64,000 bases of DNA from the human T2T-CHM13v2.0 reference genome, Homo sapiens: assembly GCF_009914755.1 (NCBI RefSeq), contig NC_060929.1. The stretch is one strand, 5' to 3'. The translations under genes and the position numbers were made by a program. Shown in pieces: positions 12,986 through 27,312 of the stretch (positions are counted from its first letter, which is position 1; each line of letters starts with the position of its first letter). The notes beneath the pieces are model-generated. The model was not told the DNA's origin and did not search any database. It saw only the letters and a program-made list of their open reading frames with translations.

Positions 12986-15900
12986 ATTCTCTCTGGTAGG
13001 TAGAAATCTACCATTTTTGAGTAGTAGGACCACTGAAAAGAGACCTCAGGCACAATTTTTACAGGCTTCCTTGTCTCCACACTCAGGAAACGGGTAGATC
13101 AAGAAGCAGATTAGGTGCTCATTCATGCAGCAAGCAGTTTTTGAGTGCCTACTCTGTGCCAGGTACTCCTAGAGCAATAGGATGATGAAATTACAGTCCC
13201 CATCACTGGGGAGCCATGCTGCAGTGAAGAAGATGTTTATTGATTCACTCACTCACTCACTCTCATTCATTTGGTCAATTATCACCCATTTGCCAGGGTC
13301 TCCACATGCAGGTTCTGTGCTGGGCTCTGAAGCACAGAGCTGGGAACAGGGCAGGGAGCCTACTGCAGAGGTCAGGCTGGAGTCCCTTGAGGCCTCAACC
13401 TCTTTCTGATGTGTCTTCCCACTTCCTGTCACTTGGCCTCAGTCTCTCCATCTGAACGTCAAGGGGTCACTTGAGCTGGTCTCCAAGCTCCAGGCCCACA
13501 CCAACATTCCAGATTTCTCAGCTAGGATGGACAAATGCTGAGTGACACCCCCATCCCTGCTCCCAGCCCACACACTCACTTGAAGCGCCAGCATCGATCG
13601 GCTTGGAGCTCATTAGCGGCCGCGCAGCCGTTGCTGCATGTCACAGGCTCTTAAAGTCTCCATTACCAAGGCCCCTTGCTCCTCTGTATTTTTAGCCCGC
13701 ACCAGGAGGAGACTGCTGGCGTCTCCTGCAGTTATACACGTCAGGTTCTGCGGTTTCGACAACTTCTCAGGCCTCTGGGCACCTGGAGGTGGGGGCCCCC
13801 AGATCTGCTCCTGGAAGAGAAGCTGGTGGGAGGTGTGAGGGCCAGGGGTGGGACCAGGTGTCCTCTCTCCTGCAATCCCCCAGTCCCTTCTTGTGGGATA
13901 CCGCCTCCCAGGTATGACAGAGCACAGGGACCCCCACAATTTCCTGGCTATTCTGGGACGTAGGAGGATAAACAGCTCTCTCGATGACACTGGACTGAGA
14001 GCAGGTGATGCCAACTTGAGAACAAAACCCAGGCCACTTGGACATCCCCAAGGATCAGCCACCATCTCTGGCTGCAGACAGGTAGAGCAAAACGCACAGA
14101 AGCCACCCAGCAGCGTGCTGACATCCAATACTGTGAAAGCAGGTTTCTTCTGCCTGCAGGAGACAGAGCAAGCTCGTGCAGCCAGCCCAGCTTGCAAGAG
14201 CCTGGGTTCCTTTGGCACTGATAAGAACTGTAGCTCACAGGCCCCAGAATGTGGGAGAAAGAATGTGTTTCCTGGTGAGAGACACCAGGAAGGATGAGGC
14301 AGGCCACAGCTTGCCTGGGAGAGGTAGGAGGTGCAACATGGAGGGGGATGGGGAGGAATCCCAACATGGGGAGAGGGGAAGTCCTCAGTCCTGAGATGGG
14401 AATGGGGCTGTTCCCATATTGGGAGCACCAAAGCCTGGACTTCCAGGAAGAATAAAAGCCTCAGTCAAGGACATAATTTAAATTTCTCTATTCCCCAACA
14501 GCCTTATACCCTAAGACTTGCTAATAAAATAATAGTAGTGAACAATTATTAGTCTGTTACTCTAAGCCAGTTACTTAGTGTACTAAGTGAGGTCCTTATA
14601 TTTCCTGATCATCTTACCGATTCTTCACTTTAAGGGAGGAACTATTTTATTCTTCTTCTCATCTTATAGATGAGGACTGTGACGCTCAGAGAGGCTAAGC
14701 AACTCACCCAAAGTCACACAGCTGGAAAGGGCCAAACATATGCAGAATTTCAATCCAGAGTCCAGGCTCGTCCTACACCATGTATGTAGCCTTCAGATGC
14801 CAAGGGAAGAAATGAAGTAAGTTCTCACTCAACAGTGACATTTTACTGATAATGCAGCAGGAAGAACATCATTTTGGAAGGTTCTGTGTCTATGCCAGAT
14901 GTGGTTCTGACAAATCCCACTTTTCCTCTGGGCCTCAATAAGGAGATAGATTGAGGCGTGGATGGATCAAAGCCATATTATACATCTGTTCTGAGCTTCC
15001 ATCTGAATCTGAAAAAATGTTAAATAATAATAATAATAGCAAATATTCCTGGAATATTTACTCTGGGCCAGGTATATTATATGTGTTGTTTTATTTAATC
15101 TTCATACCTCCCCTGTGAAGTATTATCCGTAAACAGATGAGGGAATGAAGCTCAGAAAGGCTGGGCAATCTGCCTAAAGCCACACAGCTAACAACGAGGT
15201 GAGGCTGGAATTAGAAATGTGGCTTGCTCTGTCTTAACCACTTCTCTTTTCTGCCTTCTGAGGGTTCAGTGCTGGAACACCTAAATGTTTTGAGAAGGAG
15301 GAGCTTCAGGTGTCTTCTGTCAGAGCTGGAGGGGGGCCAGGGGCGGAGCCTATGTGATCTGCTGGAAGCACTCAGTTTTCTGTTACTTGGGTGAGAGTAG
15401 CGGCTTCCTTATTTTCAGGCTCAGGACACTGGCCTCCCTTTACACCACCCTATTCCATGCCATCTGTTATTGACACCCCACTTACCTTAAGGTGCTGAGA
15501 GCTTTCCAAACACAGAATAGCTCCTGAAGGAGGAGGAGGGGGAGAACCTGCAACACTTTTGCTCCTCCCAGAGGGTCCTGGAGGGGCAATGAGAGTGACA
15601 CCTGACACAGGAACCTGGGGGTTTCCAAGCTTAGCCACCATCTATAAATTCACCAGATACTTATTGTCTGGTTATTCGGTGTCAGGCACCTTTCCAGGGC
15701 AGGGCTGCCATACAGAGTTGCATGCTGCACAACCTTCTGGAGGTGCCAATCATATTGTAGACACTGTACATGACATGACTGGGTGCTGGGAATGTCGTGG
15801 TAAGCAAGACCAACCTGACCCCTGGTCTCACAGAGGATGGAGTCCCACAGAGGCCTCAGTCAGGCAAGGCAGGAATGACCTTACAGTATGGCCAGGGTGG

Positions 15901-16574
15901 TGATGGGGGAGGAACAGGGGCTGTTGGGACTTGCAGGAGAGGCCCCAAGACTATATTTGGTAAGTCAAAGAAGGCTTCCTGGAAGAAGTGACGTCTAAAC
16001 TAAGGCTTGAAGGATAAATAGAAGCAGGCTGCTTAAGGGGGAGTGTTCCAGGCAGGAGAAGCATGAGCAATTAATTATAATCCAAGGTGATACAGGCTGT
16101 AACATCAACATGAACACAGAGCTGTGGGAGCCTTTATTCATTCTATCAGTCGTTTACTCATTAAGGAGATGGGGAATAGTTATGCCCGGGAGCTGGAAAA
16201 GTTTCACCCAGGAGATAACCCTTGAACTGGGCCTTGGAGGATAAGTAAGGGTTTTCTGGGTTTAGAGGGGCAGAAGAAGGGGGAGAGAAGCATCTGAGGA
16301 GACAAAACCACATGAGCAAATGCATGCGGTTGGAGGTTTTAAGCATGGTGCCTGCACAAAGCAGAGGTTTAGGACACCTTTCCCAGGCTACTCTTGGTAG
16401 CTCTTTGTCTCTCAAACCTAAACTTGATATTTATTATTCACTTTTAACATGACCTCATTCGTTAATAAGGGTTCAGATAGGAATGTTGGATGTATGCATG
16501 CATGAGTGCAGGAATCAGTGGATGAGTGGAAAGACTAATAAATGCATGAATGAGGGAATGTATGAAAGAATGAA

Positions 16575-16812
16575 TAATAATACTTAACAATTTATACATG
16601 CTTTCCATGTGCCAGGAATTGTTCTAAGTGTTTTTTATTTATTAAATCATTAAATCCTCACACAACCCTAGGAGGTAGGATTTATTATTATATGCATTTT
16701 ACAAATGGAAAAAGTAAGGCATGCAAAGTTAAGTAATGCACACAGTGCCACACAGCTAGGAGGTGGAGTGCGGGGACAAGGGTTTGAACAGAGGCAGTTT
16801 GGCTCCAGAGGA
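16575..16812 (-). mobile_element. MIR SINE
   Basis: atgtgccaggaattgttctaag...cattttacaaatggaaaaagtaaggca...ggcagtttggctccagag. Confidence 0.8.
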
Positions 16813-17902
16813 TGTTACAGCCTGGGTCCCAGGAACAAATGTTAGGAGTTGGGCAGTTCCGCATTTATCCAGATAACTCCTCTCTCACTCCGTAATGGTT
16901 TCTTGGCTAAGCCTCCTCCAGAAACGTGCTGCTTCCTTGGAGCAGACCTGGGTCCAGGCAGCCAGAGTCTGTCTGGGAACTGCCCTGGCTGGTGGGGACA
17001 CACAATACCTGCAGCCCTCGCAGGGCAGCTGCAATGTGGTGAGGATGTGTTGCTCCTCCCCAGAAAAGGCTGGGTGAGAAAGTAGGGCCTTTAGCTTGCA
17101 CAGTGGAGAGCATCCTTGCTCTGGGAGGGCCTCTCTGATCACTGAAAAAGAAGCTTGAAGTTTGCCTTGCAGTTGATTGTATTAGCATTTCAGAAGAATC
17201 CCCCTTCCTGGGAAGTGTATTAACGATTCACTCTGGCTGGTCTCTCACCCGGGGCAGCCTCTTCGTGAAGTGCCACAGATTTCCTAGAAATCCTCTGAGA
17301 CATTTTGACATTCTGATTGTCACTGCCAATGTGGGCTGCGAAGGAATTAATTGACACAGATGAAACCCTCAATTTCCAAGGGCTGTGTAATAAAATAAAG
17401 GTTATTGTATGATTGCAGATTCCACCACTAATGAAAAAGGGCTAAAGACCATAATGACCATATGGCATGCTTAGTGAGTGGGGACTCACTTTGATTTTCA
17501 CAGGCAACCATTCTGAACTTTAGGGAATATTAAGGGTGATAGTTATTATTTATCGAGAATTTATGATATGTTAGGTACTTTACTAAATGATCTATCTATA
17601 TATTATGTATTCCAACTCTATGAATGAGATGTTATTTTCATCTCCATTTTACGGGTGAATAAACTGAGGCAGGGAGAGGTACAGTAAACATGGCTAGTAA
17701 GTTGGAGAGTAGAAATAGACAACCTTATGGCTGAAAGATATTCTATTTTCTTGAGGATGAAGGATGATTGAAATACCTGGGCAGGCAGGGTTAAGATATG
17801 GCTAAGCATAAGGAATTCTGGCTGGTAGAGTATTATAAGTGTCTGTACACACTTTCTAGACACTGAGAGAACACCACTGCCTTTTCTCTGAGACCACAGG
17901 AA

Positions 17903-18075
17903 TCCCATCCATCCATCTACCCATTCATCCAAACAAAAGAGATTCACCCATTCATCATCCACCCACCCATAGATCCATTAATCTGCCCATCAATCCACTC
18001 ATCAATTTATCTATCGTCCACCCATCCATTCATGCATCCATTCAGTTAGTCATATATTCATGTATTCACTTATTT
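17903..18075. repeat. Degenerate (CCAT/TCAT)n simple repeat
   Basis: ccatccatccatctacccattcatcc... Confidence 0.8.
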
Positions 18076-18772
18076 ATTCAACTCAGGGATGTCTCTGACT
18101 ACCCCTCCCCAGCTTCTGTCACGGAGGTAGGTGCCCCCCTTTCCTATAAGTGCCTGCTATGACAGATGTAGCAGGTGGAGGAAAAGCAGCAGAAGAACAA
18201 GGTGCTGGGAGATACAGTACCACCTCCATAATTTGTAAAGAGTTCCTTTAACTTTCTCATCCCCAGTCTCCATATATGTAAAATGGGAATAATATTTGCA
18301 GGCTGTTGTGAATTTAAAGCAAGCAAATGTGTGATATGTTTTGGAAATATGAAAGTTCTGCATAAATTTATGTCTGTATCATCATTATCATCACTAGTGC
18401 AGTATGTACTCAAATCTATGACTCTCTTAAGTTTGAGAAGTCAGCATCTGTAAAATGAACCATTTCTGATTTTGTTTTAAAGAAATTCTTTAAAATTTAT
18501 AAACATGAAATTCAGTAAAATAAAATTACTTTAAATCATGCAATTGTGCAGTTTTATAATAATCAGATCTATTTATTCCACATTCTCTTGAGGCTACAGG
18601 AAGTTTTGGAGATTAGGAGTTGGAAAGGGACTTGGTAAAAAGGGATACTTGATCATGAAACATCAGTCCTGTAATTCCTGGCTTAAGGGATAGCGCTCTC
18701 CAGAATAATATTACATATCAGGAAGACTGTTTAAGGCTTATTTCTTGTTGGTTATAAGAATAGGTGAGGGAA

Positions 18773-19495
<723 letters not shown>

Positions 19496-19657
19496 CATTG
19501 TAACTGAACTAGGTTATTTGAACCTCGGAGTGGCTTAGAGGAAGGACCTCTGGAGGAAGAGGTGGTAGCTCAAGTAATTTAGCTTCTCTCTGTGTCTGCC
19601 TCTTCTCCTCTCACCACCCATTTTCTATGTATTGTGGCTTTTGCTTTTGTGTCCCTC

Positions 19658-19832
19658 TTTTTTTTTTTTTTTTTTTTTTTCTGAGGTGAAGTCTTACTCT
19701 GTTGTCCAGGCTGGGGTGCAGTGGTGTGATCTTAGCTCACTGCAATCTCTGCCTCCTGTGCTCAAATTCTCCTCCCTCCTCACCCTCCTGAGTAGCTGGG
19801 ACTACAGGAATGTGCCATCACACCCAACTAAT
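19658..19832 (-). mobile_element. Alu right arm (AluJ/FRAM-like)
   Basis: Poly-T followed by a diverged right monomer ending cccaactaatt. Confidence 0.85.
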
Positions 19833-20134
<302 letters not shown>

Positions 20135-20239
20135 TGCTTTTCCATCTTGAGATTCCTGTTTCCTCATGACTCTGGCTTCCCCTTATGGTCCTTTTGCCCT
20201 CTTTCTCCCTTATGACATTTTACCTTCTGATTTTGCCAT

Positions 20240-21145
20240 TAATTAGCCAGAATTCTTTAGTGTCAATTGCTAGAAACCCAATTCAAAGTAGTTGAAGCAA
20301 AAGGGAAAAGAAGAAAATTTTTGGCTCATATATGAAAAATCAAAGGTAGAGCTGGACTTCAGCATGGCTAGGTCTCTGGGCCTTGATAATATTCTTGCCA
20401 TCTCTCATCTATTCTTTCCACTGTGTTAACTACATCTTTGGGCAGACTTTCCCATCTTGTTGATGGGATGGTTGCTATGGCAGAGGCTCCTGGTTGCCTG
20501 ACAACAGCTGTTCCCCTTTTCTTCCAATGTGGTAGAATATTTTAGTTGGCAAGATGGCCTTTCTTGCAATTAGTTGTGCTTTAGGACTAAATTCTGGCTA
20601 ATCATACATGAGCAAAAATGATGTGTGTAACTTTTGGGCTGTTCCCCTAAAAGAAATTGTTGTGCTTCCCCTTCCTTTTTATTGCCTTCTGGCTGGCTGA
20701 AATGTGGTCATGGTGGTGGTAAGTGTCACCCCCCAGAGGGGGCAGAGCAACAAAATAGAAGGAGCTTGGGATTCTGAGAACTTTTGTGGAGCAGAACTAC
20801 TATATCTACTTGAGCTTTTATATGAGAAAGAATTAAATTTTAATCTTGCTTTAGCCCTGTTATTTGGGCCTCTTTGTTACAGTAGCTTGATCAATATCTT
20901 AATTAATTCACTTCCCCATCCTGAGCCCATCATTGTGGTGAGAGGATAAAATCTACTGACTGGGTCAGGCCTGGGAATTAGGGTCTTATTGCAGAATCTG
21001 GGGTGAGACTACCTCACTTAAACTCTTAGGTGAGACTAGCTCATCTAAACTCTAGGACTGTACCCCAAGGAATATTGGGGTGCTATCACCAGAAAAACAT
21101 GTGAAATGAGTGCTAGGCAGGCAAAAACAACACATGTCCATCACA
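20240..21145. mobile_element. Composite of old MLT1 LTR fragments (MLT1N/O-like interrupted by MLT1I/J-like)
   Basis: gaaacccaattcaaagtagttgaagcaaaaggg...; gaaggagcttggg...tatgagaaagaattaaattttaatcttgctttagcc...tttgttacagtagc. Confidence 0.55.
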
Positions 21146-21436
21146 CCCTGTCAACTCCTCATTCTTCTTATGCTTGCCTGCTTAGATTCCCTAGAAAGAC
21201 ATTAGATTGGCCCAATTCATCTATTTCCTTTCACCAGGCCACTACTTATCTACCAGGTGACAGATAATGGCCCAATCAGCTGTGGCTATGGAGATGGGTC
21301 ACCTGTGGCTACCTGTTTGGTAGCCGTGGTGGACAGAGTAGACAGCATAATTCACGTGTCTTCAGAGCCCTCTGTCTACTTGCTGTAGTGGGTGGGGTTC
21401 ATGTTGAGGCCTGGGAGTAATTCAGGAAGTAGACTA

Positions 21437-21657
21437 GTGTTTTAGTCTGTTCGGGCGGCTATAACAAAATGCCATAAGCTGGGTGGCTTATAAACAACAG
21501 AAACTTATTCCTCGCAATTCTGGAGGCTGGGAAGTCCAAGATCAAGGCACCAACAGACTCAGTGGCTGGTAAGCGTTTACCTTGTGGTTCATAGAATGGT
21601 GCCTTGTCACTAGTCCTCACATGGTGGAAGTGGCAAAGCAGCTCTCTAGGGCCTCCT
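21437..21657 (-). mobile_element. MLT1A/A0 LTR, first piece
   Basis: tgttttagtctgttcgggcggctataacaaaatgccataagctgggtggcttataaacaacagaaac; resumes at 25550-25684. Confidence 0.85.
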
Positions 21658-23131
21658 TTTTCATTTCTTGTGTGTGTGCTTTTTTTTTAAGAGATAGGGT
21701 GTATAAGGCCATTATCTCATTGCCATAAAGTAATACCTGAGACTGGGTAATTTATAAAGAAAAGAGTATAATTGGCTCATGGTTCTGCAGACCTTACAGG
21801 AAGCATGATGCTGGCATCTGCTCAGCCTCTGGGAAGGCCTCAGGAAACTTACAATCATGGCAGAAGGTGAAGGAGGAATAGGCACTTCACATGGCCAGAG
21901 CAGGAGCAACAGTTGGGGTTGGAGGTGCCACACCCTTTTAAGCAACAGATCTCATGAGAACTCACTCACTATCATGAGAAGAGTACCAAGGGAATGGCGC
22001 AAAACTATTCATGAGAAATCCACCCCTATGCTCCAATCACCTCCCACCACGTCCCACCTCCAACACTGGGGATTGCAATTCAACATGAAATTTGGGTGGG
22101 GACACATCACCAAACCACATAATTCCACCCCTGGCCCTTCCCAAATCTCATATCTTTCTCATGTTTCTAAATACAATCATGCCTTCCCCAAAGTTTTAAC
22201 TCATTCCACCATTAACTCAAAAGTCCAAAGTCCAAAGTCTCATCTGAGACAAGGCAAGTCCCTTCTACCTATGAGCCTGTAAAATCAAAAACAGTTTAGT
22301 TACTTCCAAGATACAATGGGAGTACAAGCATTGAGTAAACACTCCCATTTCAAAAGGAAGAAATCAGCCAAAAGAAAGGGGCTACAGGCCCCATGCAAGT
22401 CTGAAACCCAGCAGGACAGTCATTAAATCTTAAAGCTTCAAAATAATCTCCTTTGACTCCATATCTTACATCCAGGGCATACTGGTGTTAGAAGTGGGCT
22501 CCTAAGTTCTTGGGCAGCTCTGCCCCTGTGGCTTTGCAGGGTTCAGCCCCCAAGGCTGCTCTCACAGGCTGGCCTTGAGTACCTGTGGCTTTTCCAGGTA
22601 CAGGGTGCAAGCTGTCAGTGGATTTACCATTCTGGGGTTTGGAGGATGGTGGCTCTCTTTTCACAGTTCCATTAGGCAGTGCCCTAGTGGGGACTCTGTG
22701 TGTGGGTTCCAATGCCTCATTTCCCCTCCACACTGCCCTAGCAGAAGTTCTCCATGAGGCCCCTGAAGCAAGCTTCTGCCTGGGCACCCAAGCTTTCTCA
22801 TACATCCTCTGAAATCTAGGTGGAGGTTTCCAAGCTTCAACTCTTGCACTCTGTGCACCTGCAGGCTTAACACCACGTGGAAGCTGCCAGAGCTTAAGGC
22901 CTGCACCCTCTGGAGCTGCAGACAAACTGTACTTGGGCCCCTTGGAGCAGAGGTTGGACCTGAGTAGCCAGTGTCCTGAGGCTGTGCAGGGGAGTGGGGT
23001 TCGTGAGCCTGGCCCATGAAACCATTCTTCCCTCCTAGACCTCAGGGCCTGTGATGGGACAAGCTGCCAGGAAGGTCTCTGAAATGTCTTCAAGGCCTTT
23101 CCCCGATTGCCTTGGCTATTAGCTCTTGGCT

Positions 23132-23144
23132 TGTGTGTGTTTGT

Positions 23145-23183
<39 letters not shown>
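23132..23183. repeat. (TG)n microsatellite inside MST-int
   Basis: Directly visible. Confidence 0.95.
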
Positions 23184-23184
<1 letters not shown>

Positions 23185-23440
23185 AATCTCTCTAGCAAGT
23201 GGTTGCTCCACAGCCTCCTTGAATTCCTCTCTCAAAAACAAACAAACAAACCAAAAAAAAAACCTTTTCTTTCTCTGTCACATGGCCAGGCTGCAAATTT
23301 TACAAACTTTTATGCTCTGCTTCCCTTTTAAATATAAGTTCCAAGTTCAAATCTTTCCTTTGTTCCCACATCTAAGCATAGACTGTTAGAAGCAGCCAAG
23401 CCACTTGTTGAACACTTTGCTGCTTAGAAATTTCTTTCTC

Positions 23441-23757
23441 GGCTGGTTGCAGTGGCTTACGTCTATAATCACAGCACTTTGGGAGGTTAAGGTGGGTGGA
23501 TTACCTGAGGTCGGGAGTTCAAGACCAGCCTGACCAACATGGAGAAACCCCGTCTCTACTAAAAATACAAAATTAGCCGGCTGTGGTGGCACATGCCTGT
23601 AATCCCAGCTACTTGGGAGGCTGAGGCAGGAGAATTGCTTGAACCTGGGAGGCGGAGGTTGCAGTGAGCCTCACACCATTGGACTCCAGCCTGGGCAGCA
23701 AGAGCGAAACTTGGTCTCAAAAAAAAAAAAAAAGAAAAGAAAAGAAAGAAAGAAAGA
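23441..23757 (+). mobile_element. AluSp inserted in MST-int
   Basis: gtcgggagttc and ctgaccaacatggagaaacc diagnostics; TSD agaaatttct. Confidence 0.93.
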
Positions 23758-23787
23758 AATTTCTCCAGATACCCTAGGTCATCACGT

Positions 23788-24090
23788 CCTCTCTCTCTCT
23801 CTCTGTTTTTGAGGCATGGTCTGGCTCTGTTGCCTGGCTGGAATTCAGTAGTGTGATCCCAGCTCACTATAGCCTCCACCTTCCAGGCTCAAGTGATCCT
23901 CCCACCTCAGACACCTGAGGAGCTGGGACTATAGGCACAAGCCACCATGCCCAGCTAATTTTTATATTTTGTGTAAAAATTGGGTTTTGTCATGTTGCCC
24001 AGGCTGGTCTTGAACTCCTGAGCTCAAGCAATTCACCCACCTCCACTTCCCAAAATGCTGGGATTATAGGCGTGAGCCATCAGGCCCAGC
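23788..24090 (-). mobile_element. AluJ inserted in MST-int
   Basis: ggctcaagtgatcctcccacctcag and gttgcccaggctggtcttgaactcctgagctcaag; TSD cc(t/c)aggtc(a/g)tcac. Confidence 0.9.
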
Positions 24091-24395
24091 CCCCAGGTCG
24101 TCACTCTCAAGTTCAAACTTCCACCTATCCTTAGGGCACGGACACAGTCCAGCCAAGCTCTTTGCTAAGTCATAACATGCTTGACCTTTGCTCCAATTCC
24201 CACTAAGTTTCTCATTTCCATCTGAGACCTTGTCAGCTTGGCCTTCATTGTTCATATCACTATAAGCATTTTGGTCACAACCATTTAACCAGTCTCTAAG
24301 AAGTTCTAAACTTTCCCTCATCTTCCTGTCTTCTTCTGAGGGCTCCAAACTCTTCCAACCTCTGCCTGTTACCCAGTGCCAAAGTTACTTCCACA

Positions 24396-24666
24396 TTTTT
24401 TTTTTTTTTGAGACAGAGTCTCACTCTGTTGCCCAGGCTGGAATGCAGAGGTGCGATCTCAATTCACTGCAACCTCCACCTCCCAGAGGCGATTCTTGTG
24501 CCTCAGCCTCCCAAGTAGCTGGGACTACAGGCATGCACCACCATGCCCAGCTCATTTTTGTATTTTTAGTAGAGACAGAGTTTCACCACGTTGGCCAGGC
24601 TGATCTCAATGTACTGACCTCAAGTGATCTGCCTATTTTGGCCTCCCAAAGTTCTGGGATTCAGGC
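24396..24666 (-). mobile_element. AluS (slightly 5'-truncated) in MST-int
   Basis: Alu dimer; TSD cttccacatttt on both sides. Confidence 0.9.
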
Positions 24667-24695
24667 TGCTTCCACATTTTCAGGTATCTTTGTAG

Positions 24696-25055
<360 letters not shown>

Positions 25056-25436
25056 TAATTAATAAAGAAAAGAGGTTTAATTGGCTCATGGTTCTGCAGG
25101 CTGTACAGGAAGCATGATGCTGGAATTTTCTCAACCTCTAGGGGAGCCTCAGGAAACTTACAGTCATGGCAGAAGGTAAAGGGGGAGCAGGCACATCACA
25201 TGGCCAGAGCAAAAGTAAGAGAGAAAGAGGCAGGGAGGTGCCATACACTTTTAAACAACCAGATCTCATGAGAACTCACTATCATGAGAACAGCACCAAG
25301 AAGGGGATAGTGCCAAATCATTCATGAGAAATATATCCCCTTGATCCAATCAGCTCCTACCAGGCCCCACTTCCAATACTGGTGATTACAATTCAACATG
25401 AGATTTGGGGTGGGGACCCATATCCAAACTATATCA

Positions 25437-25548
25437 TGGGGTCTTGCTATGTTGCCCAGGCTGGTCTTGAATTCCTGGGCTCAAGCAATCCTCCTGCCTC
25501 AGCCTCCCAAAATGCTGGTATTACAGGTATGAGCCACTGTGCCTGGCC
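25437..25548 (-). mobile_element. FLAM-C / Alu monomer (its tail lies at 21680-21699, split by the MST provirus)
   Basis: ttttttttaagagataggg | tggggtcttgctatgttgcccaggctgg...gagccactgtgcctggcc rejoin into one monomer. Confidence 0.88.
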
Positions 25549-25549
25549 A

Positions 25550-25684
25550 AGAGGATTCTTTTATAAGGGCACTAATCCTCATGATCTAATCATCCCCAAA
25601 GGCCCTAACTCTAATACCATCACATTGGTGATTAGGTATTCCACTTATGAATTTTGAAGAGAAACCAACATTTAGACCATAGCA
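25550..25684 (-). mobile_element. MLT1A/A0 LTR, second piece
   Basis: ttttataagggcactaatcc...taataccatcacattgg...aacatttagaccatagca. Confidence 0.85.
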
Positions 25685-26883
25685 ACTGGGCTCTCCAGCC
25701 ATGGAAAATGGGTTAGGGAAAATATGAGAACTGGCTAAGGGTATCTGTATGCTCTCAGCCCCCGTCTCCAAAAGTTGGTCTCTGCCCATGACCATCTGTG
25801 TAAAATGACACAAGGATCCTAGTTGGGTCATCTTCACTGTGCCAAAGGCAAGACAAGTTCTTTAAATTTACTGCAAACGCTCATTGGGGATGGACCAGAG
25901 TGTTTGTTAACTCCAAACACCAATAAATGCTGATAAATAATGCTATTAAAAACGTGTTATTGCTCTGACACTTTGTTATAACATCTTTCCTCTTACGTTT
26001 TCCCCATGTAACATTTACTTTAAAAGGCCCCAGCCAAAAGCCGAACGCCAATAAAACTGCACCAAGTCTCCCAGAACATCTTCATTTATGAAACAGTCAA
26101 AGACTCAGCTTCAGGGAGAAGCCAGTGAGATATTCCACTGTTTTGTAAACTTTGAAAAATCTGTAGCTCCTGTAGCTGAGGCCTAACTGCACATTGCATT
26201 TGAAATTTTGAAGCTTCAATTGCTTAAAAATATTGTAACTGCTTCTCAAACAGGAAAATTGCATTTAGATTTCCCTCTGTGTTTAACCTCAGACTGGCAA
26301 GAGATAGTCTTCAAATTTCCCCGGCAAATGAAAATCACTTTAGGATTGAGATTGCATATGGATAGTTCCTGCCATGAGAAAAAGAAATCTCCAGGAACAA
26401 ATACAGTCATACCTTCTGTGCTGGGCCCATAACGTGGAGAAATAGATGATCATTTTGTCCTATAATCCACAGCATGAGGGATTTGGGACAGAGACAAGGA
26501 AAGACATTCTTGAATATGAGGTTCAGCCAGATCTGAACTGTTACTAAGGGAAATTGCAGTGTCCTGCACTCAATTTTCTTAGAGCCAGCCTCCTATAAAA
26601 TTGTTCCATTCCTTTGGCACTTTCCATGTCAAAATTCCCATCTTCCCCACGGAGGCTCTAGTGCTTTCAAACTATCTCTTCTCAGTCAATCTTATAATTC
26701 ATTCAAACTAAAGTGTGACAGTTTGCATTTTAAAGGGATTCAATGGGAAGAGGGCAGTGCTTTACTCAAAGGAATTAGTCAACATTGGTAAAATTATAGG
26801 CAATGACAGACGGTCTATTAGATGGAGTGTTAAACAGTGATCTACTTATAAGAGTGGTTTTACCTCTGATAAATGCATCCACT

Positions 26884-26960
26884 TTCCTCCCTCCCTCCCT
26901 CCCTCCCTTCCTCCCCCTCTACTTCCTCCCCTCCCCCCCTTCCTCCCTCTCTCTCTTCCT
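26884..26960. repeat. Polypyrimidine (CCCT/CCTT) low-complexity tract
   Basis: Directly visible. Confidence 0.9.
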
Positions 26961-27094
26961 TTCATCTATTCAACAAACTTCTCTGGGGTGCCTGCTCTAT
27001 TCCATTCTTTATGTTCGGTGTCGAAGTCTTGGAACAGGAACTTCCCACAACAAAGGGAACTGAGCCCAAGAAATAATAATCATAATCATAGAAC

Positions 27095-27312
27095 TACAAT
27101 TACCATTCATTGAGCGGGTGCTTACTACATGCTGGGAACTATGCTAGGAGCTTTTTCTGGATAGCATTTAATCTTCACAACAACCCAGTGAGGTAGGTAG
27201 TATTACTCCCTTTTCACAGACAAGAAAATAGAGGCACCATTCTTGGTCCAAGTTCGCACATATTAGGGTGTGTTACTGGGATACCAACACAGGCAGTCTG
27301 ATTTCAGAGCTT
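27095..27312 (-). mobile_element. MIR SINE
   Basis: atttaatcttcacaacaacccagtgaggtaggtagtattac...ggcagtctgatttcagagc. Confidence 0.8.

Noticed and set aside
13613-14431. 272-aa minus-strand ORF, the longest non-repeat ORF
   Set aside because: No recognisable domain and a composition typical of random GC-rich sequence; its 3' end is better explained as a regulatory element
21002-21057. Short tandem duplications here and at ~39205-39230 and ~53128-53150
   Set aside because: Ordinary slippage duplications; no spacer-repeat array structure, so not CRISPR-like
22488-23198. 236-aa ORF
   Set aside because: Lies within the MST internal region and starts next to a (TG)n repeat; a degenerate MaLR reading frame
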